53,782 nt of DNA from a bacterium (GCA_043818275.1 JBDRFY010000078.1:1-53782); one strand, 5' to 3'; counted from the first letter of the stretch, positions 1 to 10,316 are shown. Translations and numbers: made by a program. The notes: generated from the letters alone by a model not told the origin.

Positions 1-24
1 AAGCTCCCTTGGAGCGAAGGTTGG
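1..24 (+). repeat. partial CGAAG-module palindromic repeat abutting the tmRNA 3' end
   Basis: AAG-CTCC-CTT-GGAG-CGAAG-GTTGG resembles the modules at 30789 and 31459; truncated by the window edge. Confidence 0.5.
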
Positions 25-408
25 TGGAGGTGATGGGAATTGAACCCATGTCCGTAACGCTACAAATCTTAAGCGCTACATGCTTGTTCCTTCTTTATAC
101 TTTTACCCCTCCGGAAGGACACGAAAAAAGATAAAAGTTTGTTTAGTAATACGTACTTTCGCTACAAAACAAAAAATCTGGCTCAGTACGTTCTATCTTT
201 TTTATACGAGTTAGAAGGATGGATAGACACGCCAACTAACAAGAGCGTTGTTACTGCCTAAATTAGGCGACTGCAACAAAGCCAGTAGACCCAAGGCCTA
301 CATTCATTTGATCTGCACTTATTGTGCTTGCATGTTTTTTACGAGTTCACATACAAAACTCGGCATGCTCTCAAAACGTGAAACACCACGTCGAAGCCTG
401 GCACCCCC
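22..408 (-). ncRNA. ssrA: tmRNA (one-piece), 387 nt
   Basis: Minus strand begins GGGGGTGCCAGGCTTCGAC and ends GACATGGGTTCAATTCCCATCACCTCCACCA: alanyl acceptor stem with G3.U, T-arm and encoded CCA. Internal tag ORF at 316..263. smpB is in the window. Confidence 0.96.
263..316 (-). other. tmRNA proteolysis-tag reading frame (A)ADQMNVGLGSTGFVAVA*
   Basis: AATAAGT|GCA resume context, 17 codons ending in hydrophobic AVA then TAA, which lies in a short hairpin. Confidence 0.85.
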
Positions 409-571
409 GAAAATTTCAAAGAATTTTTTTAGCGTAAAAAGCTACAATTCAATTGTATTTATTTTGTTTCAACCTGTCAATCGCATAAAACAAGCAAAGC
501 GTTGTTTTTCCCTAAAAAAAACCTTTTTTAAATCATTTTTATAAAAAACAACATATTTTTAAATATTTGAT

Positions 572-1411
572 ATGCTTAAAAACATGATAAAAAAACAAAG
601 AAAATACCAATCTAAAAAAGATCCTTCTTACAAAATAGGCCCCAAAAAGCCGGCTAAAAAAAAACAACTTGGCCAACATTTTCTTAGAAAACAATCTGTT
701 GTTGATCACATGATTGATAAGGTCAAAATTACACAGCAAACAACCGTGATGGAAATCGGTTGCGGTGATGGTTTTTTGACCAAATCAATTTTAATGCAAA
801 CAAAATGTAAAAAACTTATCGTTTTTGAAATTGATCCGCAATGGGCAGAATTTGTTCAAAACGAAATCAAAGATCCCAGATTAGAAATAAATGTTGAAAA
901 TATTTTGGATGTTGATTTCAAATTAGTTGAAAAGGACGCCCCTTTTGTTTTACTTGCAAATATTCCGTACCAAATTACTTTTCCAATTATGTTTTTGTTG
1001 CAAAAAAACAAACAACTCTTCTCAGAAGGTGTTGTAATGGTGCAAGATGAAGTCGCTCAAAAAATAGCCGCCAAAAAAGGGAAAAAATATAGTGCTACAT
1101 CTTTGTTTTTGCAATATCATTTCGATTTTGAATTAATGGAAAAAATTGGGCCGGAATCCTTTACCCCTGCGCCAAAAGTTAATTCAAGATTATTGTATTT
1201 CAAACCTAAATTAACTCCACCAAAAATAAAAGACGAAGATGAGTTTTGGAAATTCTTAAAACTGTGCTTTAAGTTTCCACGCAGAACATTACAAAACAAT
1301 TTAAAAATGGCTCATTACGATTTAGAAAAAATTACACCCGAAATTCTAAAACTCCGGGCACAACAAATTTCCTTTGATCAATTTTTAGATATCTGGAATA
1401 AATTAAATTAA
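572..1411 (+). CDS. rsmA: 16S rRNA m6(2)A1518/1519 dimethyltransferase KsgA
   Basis: KKQLGQHFL, EIGCGDG SAM motif, ANIPYQIT, VMVQDEVA, FTPAPKVNS. Confidence 0.95.
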   Translation: MLKNMIKKQRKYQSKKDPSYKIGPKKPAKKKQLGQHFLRKQSVVDHMIDKVKITQQTTVMEIGCGDGFLTKSILMQTKCKKLIVFEIDPQWAEFVQNEIKDPRLEINVENILDVDFKLVEKDAPFVLLANIPYQITFPIMFLLQKNKQLFSEGVVMVQDEVAQKIAAKKGKKYSATSLFLQYHFDFELMEKIGPESFTPAPKVNSRLLYFKPKLTPPKIKDEDEFWKFLKLCFKFPRRTLQNNLKMAHYDLEKITPEILKLRAQQISFDQFLDIWNKLN

Positions 1412-1413
1412 TT

Positions 1414-2055
1414 TCACACTAACCTTGTTTTATTTAAATAATCGTAAACAATCTGGCTCCATGATTCCATTTTAGAATAATAAGATTGAGCCTGTTTAAG
1501 ATCTAAAAGATTACCCTCCTGTAATTCAGATTTAATTTTTATTTCTCTATCTTCCCCCCGAAGCAAAAAAACTAAACCGATATGAACTCTTCCAACATCA
1601 TTGCTGTCATCATTTAAAAGTCCAAGCGGTTCAATTTTTAATTCTCCATCATAAAAAACTTCTTCTTCAAATTCCCTTTTTGCCCAATCAAAAATATGTG
1701 TACCTTCAATATCTTCCTGTCGAATGTGTCCACCAATGCCCAAAGAATATTTATTTTTAAGCCTTCTTTCGCTTGAAGTTTTTTTTCTGCGCATCAAAAA
1801 AATTTTATCGTGATAATTAAAAACTAAATATGGAATAACTTGTTTATAATTAGGATTTAATTCCATGTGTGAACGCCACAAAAATTGTTTATTTTTATCA
1901 ATTATTTTTTCGTAAAAATCAAAATCAACCGGTTTAATACCATGAAATCCACCATCAGGTAATATTTTCTCCCGTTCGATGACTAAAACTTTCTCATCAC
2001 TTTTTTTTACAAAAACGTTTTCGTTAGCATTCAACTTGTTCTTAATTATTTGCAC
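1414..2055 (-). CDS. Nudix-superfamily phosphoesterase (YmaB-like)
   Basis: YKQVIPY, SLGIGGHI, REFEEEV, VGRVHIG. GTG start at 2055 with AAAGGAG RBS is preferred over the ORF-track start, which runs through a terminator. Confidence 0.8.
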   Translation of the reverse strand: MQIIKNKLNANENVFVKKSDEKVLVIEREKILPDGGFHGIKPVDFDFYEKIIDKNKQFLWRSHMELNPNYKQVIPYLVFNYHDKIFLMRRKKTSSERRLKNKYSLGIGGHIRQEDIEGTHIFDWAKREFEEEVFYDGELKIEPLGLLNDDSNDVGRVHIGLVFLLRGEDREIKIKSELQEGNLLDLKQAQSYYSKMESWSQIVYDYLNKTRLV

Positions 2056-2085
2056 AATAAAACTCCTTTGTTTTTTTAAAATAAA

Positions 2086-2104
2086 GGGCAGGTAATTCCT
2101 GCCC
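2086..2104 (-). terminator. intrinsic terminator after clostripain 1
   Basis: GGGCAGG-AATTA-CCTGCCC followed by TTTATTTT on the minus strand. Confidence 0.7.
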
Positions 2105-2112
2105 CACACAAA

Positions 2113-3726
2113 TTAAACAAATTTTGATAAAAAACTAACCCATTTTCCATCAATGGCAAAATTTGTCAAATAATAAGAACTATGAATATCATATTTTGGA
2201 AAATAAATAGAAATCCCTTTTGCATTTTTCATTTGTGAACCGGTCGCATTTGCTATGACAGCCTGTTCAATTAACAACATTTCTTCGCTTAATAAATCTT
2301 TCAACACCTGCAAATTATTTGTCAGATTTTCAATTGCCAGATTTGTTAAATCAAGCTCAACAAAATTTAAATCTTTAAACAAATCAAAACTTCTTGCTGA
2401 AATAACTGGCCGTAAAGGACGATTATTATTTAATTGCAAAGAAAAACCTGGGCGCGGCTGAATTGAACCTGGTGTATTTGATGGCCTTACAATAACTTGG
2501 GGTATTGGTGAAATATTATTTTGTGGTCTTAAAGGACGAGGAACGCTCGAAGGCCTTGCCTCGAGGCCCGGAGGAGGTAAGTTGCTTGGCCTTATAAAAA
2601 CGTTTGGCGTTGGTCCGAAATTTGGTCTATTTGAAAAATTAAATAAAAAATTTGGTCTTTGAAAAATTAAACTGGGTCTTGGGCTGGAAGGTTGTTGTTC
2701 AATTTCTGATTCTTCCTGCTCAACAACTTCAGGTTCCGGTTGAGGTTCTGGTTCTTGTTCAGGTTCCGGTTCCGGCAATTCAATTGTTTCAAGTTCATCC
2801 AAAACTGTTTTACAGAAAAAATGTAAATCAATAAAATCATCATCCTCAAATTCTAAACTTTTGTTTCTAACCTGATCTATTACATTTTTAAATTCAATCC
2901 CTAAAACTTCTTCGCACTGATTCCATTTATCAACAATTAAATTCAATTTTTGTTCAACCAAATCAATTTTAGTTAAATCAACAACTGACTGAGTATAATC
3001 TGCAGTCTGCTTTTCATCATAAAAAACTTTATATGAATTAACTATTGCTGTCGCAAATTGAGCAGGTGTTAGATAAGCTGTTGAAGCTGAAGTTAAAAAC
3101 CCACAATAATCCCAACCAAAAGCTGGTTCAGTTTGCTGTGAAGCAACAAAATAATTTACACAATCTTTGATCTGATAACCAACCTCCAAATCTGCCATCA
3201 AACAAGCATCCATCCCTAAAACATCAATCTTTTTCCCACCCAACACCTCGTTTTTTATCTGAATCAAAGCTGACAACATATCCTGATTATTAAGATAAGT
3301 ATCATTTGTATCATCATATAAAATTCCACGGGTTATTTTTCTAATCGGATCAATAATACCACTTCCATGTCCCCACAAAGAAATCGCATAATGGTTGGCA
3401 GGAAAATTTTGCGCTGCCCAACGCATACCGGAAACTAAATCTTGCTCAGGATTTTGCCCCATTTCTGAAGCCAAAACTTCAAGGGTGACAACTTCATTGT
3501 TTTCAATTTTATACCGATACGTTCCCAAATGATTTGGCAAATCACACTGCGCTACAACATTTATTCTTTCAGATAAGGTTGCCTTTGCCATCTCATCAAC
3601 CAAATCCATGCTCGCATAAGTACTCAAATTATTATCCGCTGCCATGTGTACATACAAAGTCCAATCCGCAGTTGCAAAAACAGATGTTGTTAAAAGAAAA
3701 AATAAAGAAAAACATAATCGTTTCAT
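2113..3726 (-). CDS. secreted clostripain-family (C11) cysteine peptidase with Pro-rich insertion
   Basis: Signal peptide, WTLYVHMAADNNL, LWGHGSG (His), GMDACLM (Cys), VASQQTEP, GISIYFP. Confidence 0.9.
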   Translation of the reverse strand: MKRLCFSLFFLLTTSVFATADWTLYVHMAADNNLSTYASMDLVDEMAKATLSERINVVAQCDLPNHLGTYRYKIENNEVVTLEVLASEMGQNPEQDLVSGMRWAAQNFPANHYAISLWGHGSGIIDPIRKITRGILYDDTNDTYLNNQDMLSALIQIKNEVLGGKKIDVLGMDACLMADLEVGYQIKDCVNYFVASQQTEPAFGWDYCGFLTSASTAYLTPAQFATAIVNSYKVFYDEKQTADYTQSVVDLTKIDLVEQKLNLIVDKWNQCEEVLGIEFKNVIDQVRNKSLEFEDDDFIDLHFFCKTVLDELETIELPEPEPEQEPEPQPEPEVVEQEESEIEQQPSSPRPSLIFQRPNFLFNFSNRPNFGPTPNVFIRPSNLPPPGLEARPSSVPRPLRPQNNISPIPQVIVRPSNTPGSIQPRPGFSLQLNNNRPLRPVISARSFDLFKDLNFVELDLTNLAIENLTNNLQVLKDLLSEEMLLIEQAVIANATGSQMKNAKGISIYFPKYDIHSSYYLTNFAIDGKWVSFLSKFV

Positions 3727-3818
3727 TGCTTCCTCCCTGAATAATTGAATTTATAAAAAACAATAATTAACTAAACAATTATTAAGGAATCGAATCAACA
3801 GTTTTGATAAAAAAAGAA

Positions 3819-3844
3819 AAGCGGGCCAATTTCTCAGCCCGCTT
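3819..3844 (-). terminator. intrinsic terminator after secreted Nudix gene
   Basis: AAGCGGGC-N10-GCCCGCTT followed by a long T run on the minus strand. Confidence 0.75.
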
Positions 3845-3867
3845 ATAAAAATTATTATTTTACTTAT

Positions 3868-4617
3868 TTAACTTCCCCAAGGCCACCAACCAGCAGATTT
3901 TTGTTTTTGACTGTTTTCTTGAACAATTTGATCGATGACCAAATAAGGCCATTTTAGATTAGAACTTTTTATTTTACCAACCATTAATGTTCTTACAAAC
4001 CAATTAAAAAGATGAACCTTTTTACCAGAAATAGATTTTCTGGTGCCATCAATTCTTTCTTCACCATCTTCTACTTTAACAGATATCTTACAAACATCTC
4101 TCCAGTTATCTTTTGTTACACCTTTAATGTTATTAAATTCTTTTAATAATTCTTCAGCATCAACCCAGGCAAAAGCGCTAATTTCTTGATACTTGCGATC
4201 ACTAAACAAACTTGATTCCTGAACGTTTAAAAAAATCTCCGGTGATACATAAGGCACTTTTAAAAGATAACAATAATAATGATTTTTGCCATTTTTATCC
4301 CAAATAAAAATATGATTATCTGAAACATTTTGTAAATTTTTTTCTAATCTTTCTTTTACACCAAATAATTTTAAAGTTTCTTCGGACCCTTCTCTTGCAG
4401 CAGTATTAATGTAACTTTCTTGTCCTTCTACCCTTCCTCCAAAATCACCAAAAACTTCAGGGCCACCTCGCCTATGCTGGCTTCTGCCAAGAAGCAAAAA
4501 AACTTTTCCGTCTTTAACCGCATAAGGCAAAATACCAGCCGAACAATATAGCGAACTAACCTGATTGAAATTTAAGATAATCAAAAAAATTATTATTTGT
4601 TTAAAAATTTTCATCAT
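3868..4617 (-). CDS. secreted Nudix hydrolase
   Basis: Signal peptide, SAGILPYA..FLLLG, and Nudix box GX5EX7REUXEE (GRVEGQESYINTAAREGSEET). Confidence 0.8.
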   Translation of the reverse strand: MMKIFKQIIIFLIILNFNQVSSLYCSAGILPYAVKDGKVFLLLGRSQHRRGGPEVFGDFGGRVEGQESYINTAAREGSEETLKLFGVKERLEKNLQNVSDNHIFIWDKNGKNHYYCYLLKVPYVSPEIFLNVQESSLFSDRKYQEISAFAWVDAEELLKEFNNIKGVTKDNWRDVCKISVKVEDGEERIDGTRKSISGKKVHLFNWFVRTLMVGKIKSSNLKWPYLVIDQIVQENSQKQKSAGWWPWGS

Positions 4618-4624
4618 ATTGTTT

Positions 4625-6121
4625 TCACCCCCTAAGCTCTTTTAAAAAATTCAACCATAAACTTTCTTTTGCAAAATCTGTCCCCTGATAAGAAGCATCG
4701 ATATTGCCTGTCGGATAATAAATTGATAATCCACCAGCATTTTTCATAGCGGTTCCAACTGAATTGGCAATAACAAGTTCATTCATTAATTCTATCGCAA
4801 CCTGCGAACTTGCTTTTAATAAAATTAAAGATTTTTTAAGAGATGAAGAAAGACTATTTGAGTCACTTTTTAATTTTGCTGTTTCAATATCAGTATTTTT
4901 TATAAGTTCTGAAACAAAGGAATATAAATCTATGTAAGATGATGTACTAAAATGCAAACAGGCACTTCTGGATTTATTAATTATGCTTTTAACCGTGTGC
5001 AAATTATATTTTCTGCATTCATTCAAGCTTCCAACAACTAAATCCAACGCTTCTTTTAAATCAGAAATTTTATTCAGATCAATAGCGGATTGCGTGTAAA
5101 ATGAAATACGCCCGTTATATAATTTTTCATAATTTTCAACGATACTTTTAGCTAACTGATAAGATGAAAATCCTCCCGATGTTAAAGGTCTTAAAATAGA
5201 AGAATAAGACCATCCACTTGCAAGCTCAACTTCTTCTGAAGCAACAAAATAATCCGCATAGTCCTTTATTTGATAACCAACCTCTATCATTCCCATTAAA
5301 CAAGCATCCATACCAATAACATCTATCTTCTTTTTCAACACAGTATTTTTAATTTCATTTAAAGAATTTTTCAATTCCTGATTCGTCATGTAGGTTCTGC
5401 TTGCCTCATTAAATAAAATTCCACGCTGCTCCTCACCAAAACTTTCAAGTAAAGACTGAAAATCAAAGTTTTTAATAGTTAAATCTGCAATCTGAATTCT
5501 TGGGTTTTGTTCTAACAATGCTTTATCAACAGAAAAATGAGTATTGCCCCAGATTGGATCTAAAATTCCAACTCCATGGTTCCATAAAATTAAAAAGTAC
5601 TTTTGCGCCGGATATTTTTCCACAGCCCATTTAACAGCTTCAACCAAATCCAACGATTTATTTCCATCGATATTTACACTTTTATTTTCCTGTAATACCA
5701 TTTGTCCCTTATCAATTCTGTAACGCCAAATACCTCTATGATTTGCATCGTACCACTGAACCACAATTTTTAATTTGTCACTTGAACCAACCATAGACAT
5801 ATCTTCAAAATTTTTAATCGCATATTTTGCTAAATTATTATTTGCCTGAACATAAACAATCATCGTCCACTCTGGAAGTCTTTGGTCTTCCTTTGATTGT
5901 ATTTTTTCGGAAGAATTTAAATTTTTGGGTTCCTGTAAATTAATAAGTTTTGGTCTTTTTAAAATGTTCTGCTTTGCTTTTTCACCCAGATGAATAGGAA
6001 TAACAGAATTATTTGGCCTACGATCGCCTAAAAGCCAATTTTGAGCAAAAACAACATCGGAGAAAAAACACAAAAAAAGAATAAAAAACGATTTAAAGCG
6101 AAAACGCTTAAAAGTCTTCAT
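4625..6121 (-). CDS. secreted clostripain-family (C11) cysteine peptidase
   Basis: Signal peptide, WTMIVYVQANNNL, LWNHGVG, GMDACLM, GLSIYYP; clear paralog of 2113..3726. Confidence 0.9.
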   Translation of the reverse strand: MKTFKRFRFKSFFILFLCFFSDVVFAQNWLLGDRRPNNSVIPIHLGEKAKQNILKRPKLINLQEPKNLNSSEKIQSKEDQRLPEWTMIVYVQANNNLAKYAIKNFEDMSMVGSSDKLKIVVQWYDANHRGIWRYRIDKGQMVLQENKSVNIDGNKSLDLVEAVKWAVEKYPAQKYFLILWNHGVGILDPIWGNTHFSVDKALLEQNPRIQIADLTIKNFDFQSLLESFGEEQRGILFNEASRTYMTNQELKNSLNEIKNTVLKKKIDVIGMDACLMGMIEVGYQIKDYADYFVASEEVELASGWSYSSILRPLTSGGFSSYQLAKSIVENYEKLYNGRISFYTQSAIDLNKISDLKEALDLVVGSLNECRKYNLHTVKSIINKSRSACLHFSTSSYIDLYSFVSELIKNTDIETAKLKSDSNSLSSSLKKSLILLKASSQVAIELMNELVIANSVGTAMKNAGGLSIYYPTGNIDASYQGTDFAKESLWLNFLKELRG

Positions 6122-6427
6122 GTCCCTTCCCCCCTAAATTTTTCTCAAAACTCAAGTTCAACTTGAGGTTGTAAATTTAAAAACCTTCGTGATTCGCCCC
6201 CTTCTCATCTTCAGGCTAAGAAAATGCCCTATTTAAAGTCAAACATTTCAAATATGAATAAAATAACCCCCTAGACTAAGCATGTTTATTTTCAAATAGA
6301 ATAATAAAGGGTGAAATTAGCCTCTTTCAGGATTTCTGTTAAAATTTGAAACATTAATGCTGTTAGATGGCTTTATTAATCAATTAAAAGTTAATTTTTT
6401 TGAAAAAAATGAATAAGAGGGAACAAA

Positions 6428-8923
6428 ATGAGCTACAATTTTAAAAACATAGAAAAAAAATGGCAGGATTCCTGGCAAAAAAATCCTTATTTCAAAACAA
6501 AAAATGATAAATCTTTAAAAAAATTCTACTGTCTTGATATGTTCCCTTATCCTTCAGGCTCAGGTCTTCATGTTGGTCACTGGAAAGGTTATGTGCTTTC
6601 TGATGTTTACGCACGAATTAAACTTTTGGAAGGCTACAATGTTTTACACCCAATGGGCTGGGATGCCTTTGGTCTTCCAGCTGAAAATGACGCGATTAAA
6701 AAAGGAAAACATCCCAAATCAAATACCGCAAACAATATCAAAGTTTTTAAAGAACAATTGCGCGCAATTGGCGCAATTTATGATTGGACAAAAGAAATAG
6801 ACACAACTGATCCAAATTACTACAAATGGACTCAATGGATTTTCGTAAAAATGTTTAAAGCCGGACTTGCGTATGAAAGTAATGCCCCAATTAACTGGTG
6901 TCCAAAATGTTTAACCGGACTTGCAAATGAAGAAGTTATTGGTGGAGTTTGCGAACGTTGTAACACGATGGTCGAAAAGAAAAATATTCGTCAATGGATT
7001 TTAAAAATCACGCAATACGCTGACAAACTTTTAAACGATCTTGATCAACTTGAATGGGCAGAAAAAGTTAAATTAATGCAAACAAATTGGATCGGTAAAA
7101 GTACAGGCGCAAGAATTACTTATAAAACCGATTCTCCTTCGATACATTCTGCTCCGCTAAAAGCTTCGCAGAACACTCAGGATGAACGGGTTGAATTAAC
7201 AGTGTTTACCACAAGACCAGATACTTTATTTGGTGAAACTTTCATGGTTGTGGCACCTGATCATGAACTTGTTGAAAAAATAATCAAACCTAAATACAAA
7301 AAACCGGTTGAAGAATACCAAAACGAAGTTTCTAAGATGTCTGAAATCGAAAGAACAGCTGAAGATAAAGAAAAAACAGGTGTATTTACCGGAAGTCATG
7401 CCATTTGTCCTGTAACTGGCAGGAAATTACCTATTTATCTTTCAAGTTATGTTTTAAAAGATTATGGAACAGGAATTATCATGGCTGTTCCAGGACATGA
7501 TGAGAGAGATTTTGAATTTGCAAAAAAATTTGAAATTGAAATCATTCAGGTAATAAAACCTTACAATCCTGAAAATGAAAAAGATCTTTACGATAAAGAT
7601 GGAAAATTATTAAGAGCGTTTGTTGGTGATGGAACTTTAATTAATTCAGGACAATTTGATGGATTTGATGCAAAAAAAGAAGGCGTTGAAAAAATAATAA
7701 AATACCTGGAAGATAAAAAACTTGGATCCTCAGAAACCTGTTATAAATTACGCGACTGGATTTTTTCACGTCAACGTTACTGGGGCGAACCAATTCCTCT
7801 TGTTCATTGTCGAAAATGTGGCGTTGTTGCAGTACCTGAAGATCAACTGCCTGTAACATTGCCCGAAGTTGAAAAATATCATCCAACAGGCACAGGAGAA
7901 TCTCCTTTGTCAAATATCAAAGAATGGGTAAATACAACCTGTCCGGAATGTAATGGACCAGCAAAACGCGAAACAAATACTATGCCTCAATGGGCCGGAT
8001 CATGCTGGTATTTCTTACGGTATCCAAATCCAGATTTAAAAGATAAACCATTTGATGAAGCCGATATTAAATATTGGCTTCCAGTTGATCTTTATGTTGG
8101 TGGAATTGAACATGCAGTGCTGCATCTTTTGTACTCACGTTTTTACATTAAATTTTTGCATGATCAAGGTTATCTTCCATTCAACGAACCGTTTAAAAAG
8201 CTTTTCAACCAGGGAATGGTTTGTATGAAATCGCCATTAACCGGAAAAGTTGAAAAAATGTCCAAATCAAAAGGCAACGTTGTAAATCCTGATGAAATCG
8301 TAAAACAATATGGAAGTGACACGTTGCGTATGTACATGATGTTTATGGGACCACCTGAACTTGATACAGAATGGCAAATGGATTCGATTAAGGGTGTTCA
8401 CGCGTTTTTAAATAGATTGTGGAATTTTTTAACAACCAAAGAAAATATTAAAGAAAAAGTGGATGAAAAATCATTAAAACGTTTCCATCTCTTCTTAAAA
8501 GATTTTCAAACAAGAGTTGATAATTTTAAAGTTAATACTGCAGTTTCAGCGATCATGGAATACTTAAATGATTTAAGTTCTAATAAATTTGAAATCAACA
8601 AAAATCTAACTGAACAATTATTAACTGCTATTTCAATCATGGTTCCTCATTTTTCTAGTGAATTAATGGTTCAAGTTGTAGGCAAAGAGCTTGAAAATTG
8701 CACCTGGCCAGAATATGATTCCGAACTAGCACAAGTTGATGAAATAGAAATTGCAATTCAGGTTAATGGAAAACTACGCGGAACAATCAAAACAACAAAA
8801 GGTATTTCACAAGAAACAATTAAATCGCAGGCAAAAGAAATTATTGCGAAATGGCTTGAAGGTAAAAAATTAGTTAAAACAATTTTTGTTCCAGATAGAT
8901 TAATTAGTTTTGTTGTTAAGTAA
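6428..8923 (+). CDS. leuS: leucine--tRNA ligase
   Basis: MFPYPSG-LHVGH, FTTRPDT, GTG-MAVPGHD editing domain, [16 protein letters not shown]. Confidence 0.98.
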   Translation: MSYNFKNIEKKWQDSWQKNPYFKTKNDKSLKKFYCLDMFPYPSGSGLHVGHWKGYVLSDVYARIKLLEGYNVLHPMGWDAFGLPAENDAIKKGKHPKSNTANNIKVFKEQLRAIGAIYDWTKEIDTTDPNYYKWTQWIFVKMFKAGLAYESNAPINWCPKCLTGLANEEVIGGVCERCNTMVEKKNIRQWILKITQYADKLLNDLDQLEWAEKVKLMQTNWIGKSTGARITYKTDSPSIHSAPLKASQNTQDERVELTVFTTRPDTLFGETFMVVAPDHELVEKIIKPKYKKPVEEYQNEVSKMSEIERTAEDKEKTGVFTGSHAICPVTGRKLPIYLSSYVLKDYGTGIIMAVPGHDERDFEFAKKFEIEIIQVIKPYNPENEKDLYDKDGKLLRAFVGDGTLINSGQFDGFDAKKEGVEKIIKYLEDKKLGSSETCYKLRDWIFSRQRYWGEPIPLVHCRKCGVVAVPEDQLPVTLPEVEKYHPTGTGESPLSNIKEWVNTTCPECNGPAKRETNTMPQWAGSCWYFLRYPNPDLKDKPFDEADIKYWLPVDLYVGGIEHAVLHLLYSRFYIKFLHDQGYLPFNEPFKKLFNQGMVCMKSPLTGKVEKMSKSKGNVVNPDEIVKQYGSDTLRMYMMFMGPPELDTEWQMDSIKGVHAFLNRLWNFLTTKENIKEKVDEKSLKRFHLFLKDFQTRVDNFKVNTAVSAIMEYLNDLSSNKFEINKNLTEQLLTAISIMVPHFSSELMVQVVGKELENCTWPEYDSELAQVDEIEIAIQVNGKLRGTIKTTKGISQETIKSQAKEIIAKWLEGKKLVKTIFVPDRLISFVVK
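7135..7189 (+). repeat. palindromic repeat with nested CGAAG module, in frame within leuS
   Basis: TCCTTCGA...CTCAGGATGAACGG ends match the other copies; internal TTCTGC-TCCGCTAAAAGCTTC-GCAGAA (7147..7173); encodes [18 protein letters not shown]. Confidence 0.85.
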
Positions 8924-8929
8924 AAAAAG

Positions 8930-8955
8930 AGATCCTGAATCAAGTTCAGGATAAC
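8930..8955. repeat. REP-like palindrome, likely bidirectional terminator
   Basis: ATCCTGAA-TCAAG-TTCAGGAT between convergent leuS and the LRR gene; half copy AGATCCTGAAAC at 27466. Confidence 0.6.
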
Positions 8956-8982
8956 AAAATTTAAATATTTCCTTTTTAAGGA

Positions 8983-9474
8983 TTATTCAAAGAAACATTT
9001 TTCTCTCACTGCATCAGATAAAAGAATAAATTGAACTCGTGTTCCAGTAATTAAAATTTTTTCCAATGATTCCATCTTACCCAAACAATCTGGCAATTTT
9101 TCCAATTTAGGATTATTACGAAGATCTAAAACATTCAAAGTTTGTAAATTTAAAATATTTTCAGGAATTAAAGTTAGATCATTATTTTTAAGTGATAATG
9201 TTGTTATATGTGTTTGATTATTAGCCTCTAAAATTAAATTCATGAATTCATTTAATTCATCATCATTAATACCATCTTGCAACTTAGATGAATCTAAATT
9301 CAAACAACCCGTTTCCGTTGCTTCAGTTATTTTTTCCAAAAATGTAAGAGCAAACGCCATACATTCTTGACGTGAAGTAGTTCTTCTATGTTCTCCATTG
9401 GACATTTCTCTCCAAGGGAACATCCCATTCAAACTCAAAACTAAAAATCCTAAAAATAAAAACTTTATTTTCAT
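8983..9474 (-). CDS. small secreted leucine-rich-repeat protein
   Basis: Signal-like N-terminus; LxxLxLxxNxL repeats (ITTLSLKNNDLTLIP, LNVLDLRNNPKLEKLP). Confidence 0.8.
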   Translation of the reverse strand: MKIKFLFLGFLVLSLNGMFPWREMSNGEHRRTTSRQECMAFALTFLEKITEATETGCLNLDSSKLQDGINDDELNEFMNLILEANNQTHITTLSLKNNDLTLIPENILNLQTLNVLDLRNNPKLEKLPDCLGKMESLEKILITGTRVQFILLSDAVREKCFFE

Positions 9475-9630
9475 AAAAATCTCCTCATTGTTAAAAAATT
9501 AAAAAACAATTTGCTCCGTAATTTACCATATTTTTTAATTTTATAAGAATTTAATTGAATTTAAATTTATTTCCATTTATTTTATTCCTAATTCGTCAAA
9601 AAATTTCTAACAAAGTTGAGGGGGAAATAA

Positions 9631-10290
9631 ATGAAAATTTTTCTAGACACTGCTGATCGTGATATTATTAAAAAATGGGTAGAAACAGGAATTGTTGATG
9701 GAGTTACAACTAATCCAAGCTTATTAAGCAAACAAGGAGACAATCCCAAACAAGTGTTACTTGATATCTGTAAAATGGTTCCGGGTGATGTAAGTATTGA
9801 GGTTGTAGAAAAAGAGCCCCAAAAAGTTTATGAACAGGCAAAAGAAATATCAAAAATTGCTCCAAACGTTGTTGTAAAAATTCCGTTTGCACATGAATAT
9901 TTACCGGTAATTGCAAAACTTACCAAGGAAAAGGTCGCAATAAATGCGACTTTAATTTTTTCTGTAATTCAAGCTCTTCTGGTTGCTAAATTAAATGTAA
10001 AATATATTTCACCATTTATTGGCCGCTGGGATGATATTGATGTTGATGGAATGAAATTATTGCAAGATTTAATGCGTTTAAAAAAAAATTATGCTTTTAA
10101 ATCTGAAGTTTTGGCTGCATCAATTAGAAATGTTATGCACTGGCATTACGCAACTTTAGTTGGAACCGATGTCATAACGTTGCCACCAAAAATTTTAGAC
10201 GCGGTAATGAATCATCCATTAACAACTCAAGGTATTGAAAAATTTGATAAAGATTGGCAATCTTTGGGAAAAGAAAACCTACTAAGTTAA
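9631..10290 (+). CDS. tal: transaldolase (Tal/FSA family)
   Basis: FLDTA, GVTTNPSL, VVKIP Schiff-base Lys; SIEV Glu and SPF Phe favour transaldolase over FSA. Confidence 0.9.
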   Translation: MKIFLDTADRDIIKKWVETGIVDGVTTNPSLLSKQGDNPKQVLLDICKMVPGDVSIEVVEKEPQKVYEQAKEISKIAPNVVVKIPFAHEYLPVIAKLTKEKVAINATLIFSVIQALLVAKLNVKYISPFIGRWDDIDVDGMKLLQDLMRLKKNYAFKSEVLAASIRNVMHWHYATLVGTDVITLPPKILDAVMNHPLTTQGIEKFDKDWQSLGKENLLS

Positions 10291-10297
10291 AAAAATT

Positions 10298-10316
10298 GGC
10301 GGCTTTTTAAGCCGCC
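10298..10316. terminator. bidirectional terminator
   Basis: GGCGGCTT-TTT-AAGCCGCC with A and T tails between convergent genes. Confidence 0.75.

Noticed and set aside
248..544. 98-aa plus-strand ORF
   Set aside because: Antisense to tmRNA, with no protein features.
6240..6427. T-box or other riboswitch upstream of leuS
   Set aside because: AT-rich, with no T-box consensus or terminator/antiterminator pair visible.
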